From an uncultured bacterium (lineage in GTDB: Bacteria > Zixibacteria > MSB-5A5 > CAIYYT01), in assembly GCA_963726455.1 (NCBI GenBank), contig CAVSCK010000003.1:416001-480000 (forward strand): 64,000 nucleotides of DNA, given 5' to 3'. Made by a program: the position numbers and the translations under genes. This document shows, piece by piece, positions 61,698-64,000 of the stretch (the first letter of the stretch is position 1; every line of letters begins with the position of its first letter). The notes under the pieces were generated by a model. It saw only the letters and a program-made list of their open reading frames with translations. It was not told where the DNA came from and made no database searches.

Positions 61698-64000
61698 GTT
61701 TCACCGTCCCGTTGGGCACAAAGTCACCGACGGCAAAGTTGGTGGCACTTGGAGTCTGTCCATTGGTCAATCCAACCATCTCTGCGAAATACTTCCAAAA
61801 ATCAGTGGAATCTGCGACAGCCAGGTCCAATTCGCCCGGATCGTCGTCGAAATCATCCCACTCGCTCGTGCCGGAATTGGCGACGTCTATCTCATAATGC
61901 GGTTGCGCCTCTGGCTGCGTCAATATCCAATCCCTCTGGGCATTATATTTTCCGGCCGTGTCAAGTCTGGCGGAATAGGTAGCCGCATATTCGGGCGTAT
62001 AGTTATTCACCAGGTAGCGTGGCTGAAACTGCACCAGGGTCTCCGTATAGGGGGCGTCTCCGCAAATCTTTATGACATTATTATCTGCGAATTGTCTGGT
62101 GATGCCAAGATCGATTTTGCCGAGCGAATCGACAATCTGAGCCATGGTGGCGGAGGCACCGATAAGCGGGTCCCAGTACTGTAGACGCAGGTTGACCTTG
62201 ACGACTAGTAGCGCCGTAAATTTCTTCAGAATTCGTGGCAACGCCTGGCTGTAACGGTCTTCGCCGAGAGGATACAGATAGAGGTTGAATCTTCCCGTGC
62301 CGCTAACCGAGTTTGATCGATTGTTCTCCTGTTTGCTCGGATAATTAAGGTAGTGATCGGCATCGGTACCAACGTCGGCGGGGTCCCAGGTGAGCGTTGG
62401 GTTGAAGGGAAGTTTATAATCAGGAGCGCTCCACTTACTAATAATGAAATCGTACTTCTTGCCGGCTGTTAGTCGAGTTCGCAACCATTCAGCATAGTGC
62501 CAATAATGGCGGGCGCGAATGTAAAGGTTGCTCATCATCATCGAACCGCTGTCGGCATTGTATGGCGCTCCCGGCTTGAAATCCGGAAGCCCCATCATTC
62601 CATAGCAACAGTTGTCCCATTTTTCGTGATAGTCATCGTCCAAACTACTGGCGTGTCCGGTCTCGTGGGCGGCAGTCAACTGAGTTCCGACCCCGGCCCT
62701 GGCGGTCTGATTGGATCTGATCTCGCCTTTGTCCCGGCTCATGAAAGAACGACCGGCAGCGCCGGCAGGATGAACCGAAATGATCGTATGCTGCTGAGGG
62801 AGATCGACGTGCTGAATATAGAATCGGATATTGACACGCTGCTTGGTTAGTTCGTTCGACGCAAAAAGTGAAACCAGCCGGGTGCCGCCGTCTTCGAAGT
62901 CGTTCCAGGCATTCGTTATGTTCTTTAGGGAATCGTCGATCCACGTCGGGGTGACGACGGGACTGGTGGCAACTTTATCCTGAAGGTGCCACCTGAAGTA
63001 ACTGAAGATGTATGAGATTTCCTCGCCGTCCTTGTAGCCTTTTTCGCGAAGAAGATAGCAATCGAAATTCCCTAGCGACCAATTCCAATTAGTCTTGTTC
63101 TCCCGCACGCGGTAGTGTCGTTGTTGAAAGCTCGCAACAAAAGTGCATTTGGTGGCGTGATTGTACACCGCGGCTCGATGGCCCAGACGCTGCCCGGCGG
63201 TAAGGCGGTCTTTGAATGTGGCGTACAACTTGTTCTGCGCGACGACACCGCCGATAGGAGTGCCGAAGAATGGCAGGTAGGATGAAACCATTAATCCCGT
63301 CGTGATTTCGCCGTCGGCCGCCACCGTGCCGGCGATCTTCTCGGTGTAGTAACTTTGATGGTTTGTAGCGTCCGGGTTGATAACGCCGAATTTATCGTCG
63401 AGAACTGCTATGCGCTGCATGACCGGAATGTTCTCCGGCGCGAGATTGGCGGCCGTGAGAACCAGATCATCCAGTGAAAACACGATCGGCTTGGCCGGCT
63501 GCGTAATTCGACCACCAAACGGCTTGAACTTGTCTGCCGCGGGGCTCGCGGAAGTAAACAAGAAGCGGAAGACATACTTCTTGTCCTGATTCTTGGTCAC
63601 GTCGTCAAGGGTGACGCCACCGCCCGCCTGATTTTGAGGCCTGGCGCACCAATCATCGGATATCCATTTTGCCGGAAGATCGTAGTATTTCCATTTTTCT
63701 TCGGCATCGCTCTTATTCGCATCGCGCAAATCTTTCAGGGCTTTCTGCATCTCAGCATCGGTGACTATCTTGCCGGCATCGTCAGCGCTGGATTTGAAGA
63801 TCCACTTGCCCGCCGCTTCAAAGACGAATTGCAGTTTAGATCGGGTCGGATCAGTAAGGCGATTTCCGAAGTTCACCTTGAGACTGTAGACGCCGTCTTT
63901 CCACTTGCACTTGGACGGCAATGGCGCGCCGTCGTTTTCAGAAACCTGAAACTGCAGGCCGTCGGGTGCACTGTCGAGTTTCCCATATTTTAGATGGTAG
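61690..64000 (-). CDS. Large protein (5'-truncated by the window edge) with a zincin metalloprotease domain
   Basis: AAHETGHASSLDDDY plus downstream GSMM (Met-turn-like); reading frame open to position 63999. Confidence 0.65.
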   Translation of the reverse strand, partial: YHLKYGKLDSAPDGLQFQVSENDGAPLPSKCKWKDGVYSLKVNFGNRLTDPTRSKLQFVFEAAGKWIFKSSADDAGKIVTDAEMQKALKDLRDANKSDAEEKWKYYDLPAKWISDDWCARPQNQAGGGVTLDDVTKNQDKKYVFRFLFTSASPAADKFKPFGGRITQPAKPIVFSLDDLVLTAANLAPENIPVMQRIAVLDDKFGVINPDATNHQSYYTEKIAGTVAADGEITTGLMVSSYLPFFGTPIGGVVAQNKLYATFKDRLTAGQRLGHRAAVYNHATKCTFVASFQQRHYRVRENKTNWNWSLGNFDCYLLREKGYKDGEEISYIFSYFRWHLQDKVATSPVVTPTWIDDSLKNITNAWNDFEDGGTRLVSLFASNELTKQRVNIRFYIQHVDLPQQHTIISVHPAGAAGRSFMSRDKGEIRSNQTARAGVGTQLTAAHETGHASSLDDDYHEKWDNCCYGMMGLPDFKPGAPYNADSGSMMMSNLYIRARHYWHYAEWLRTRLTAGKKYDFIISKWSAPDYKLPFNPTLTWDPADVGTDADHYLNYPSKQENNRSNSVSGTGRFNLYLYPLGEDRYSQALPRILKKFTALLVVKVNLRLQYWDPLIGASATMAQIVDSLGKIDLGITRQFADNNVIKICGDAPYTETLVQFQPRYLVNNYTPEYAATYSARLDTAGKYNAQRDWILTQPEAQPHYEIDVANSGTSEWDDFDDDPGELDLAVADSTDFWKYFAEMVGLTNGQTPSATNFAVGDFVPNGTVKLA

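Overview
A GC-rich bacterial chromosome segment. The C-terminal dockerin-like domain at 38460-38670 suggests Zixibacteria or a related FCB-type lineage (inference). In order, the window holds: (1) murJ-comEC; (2) a polarity/type IV pilus cluster with a DUF4388 protein, four different Roadblock/LC7 proteins, an MglA GTPase with a long tail ending in a polybasic-aromatic motif, and pilB-pilT-pilC-pilS; (3) a yyaL-like gene and a complete F1Fo ATP synthase operon; (4) small accessory genes and typA; (5) a dense cluster of palindromic REP-like repeats, then an AT-richer islet with an FKBP half-gene, a repeat beta-propeller and an unusual Zn-ribbon, apparently permuted RuvB paralog; (6) lepA, a membrane protein and a repeat-flanked TSP3/dockerin secreted protein; (7) an 11-gene complex I-like nuo operon without nuoEFG, then DUF502, EIIA-CBS and terC; (8) from about 51.8 kb to the window end, a minus-strand array resembling a modular toxin-delivery locus. 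That array has two paralogous adaptor-like genes, each coupled to a different effector-like gene, plus a DUF1795/DcrB-type adaptor and a HExxH metalloprotease followed by a lipoprotein. Nine +1 frameshifts in otherwise intact genes are most likely sequencing errors. All family assignments come from motif recognition by eye; no searches were run.
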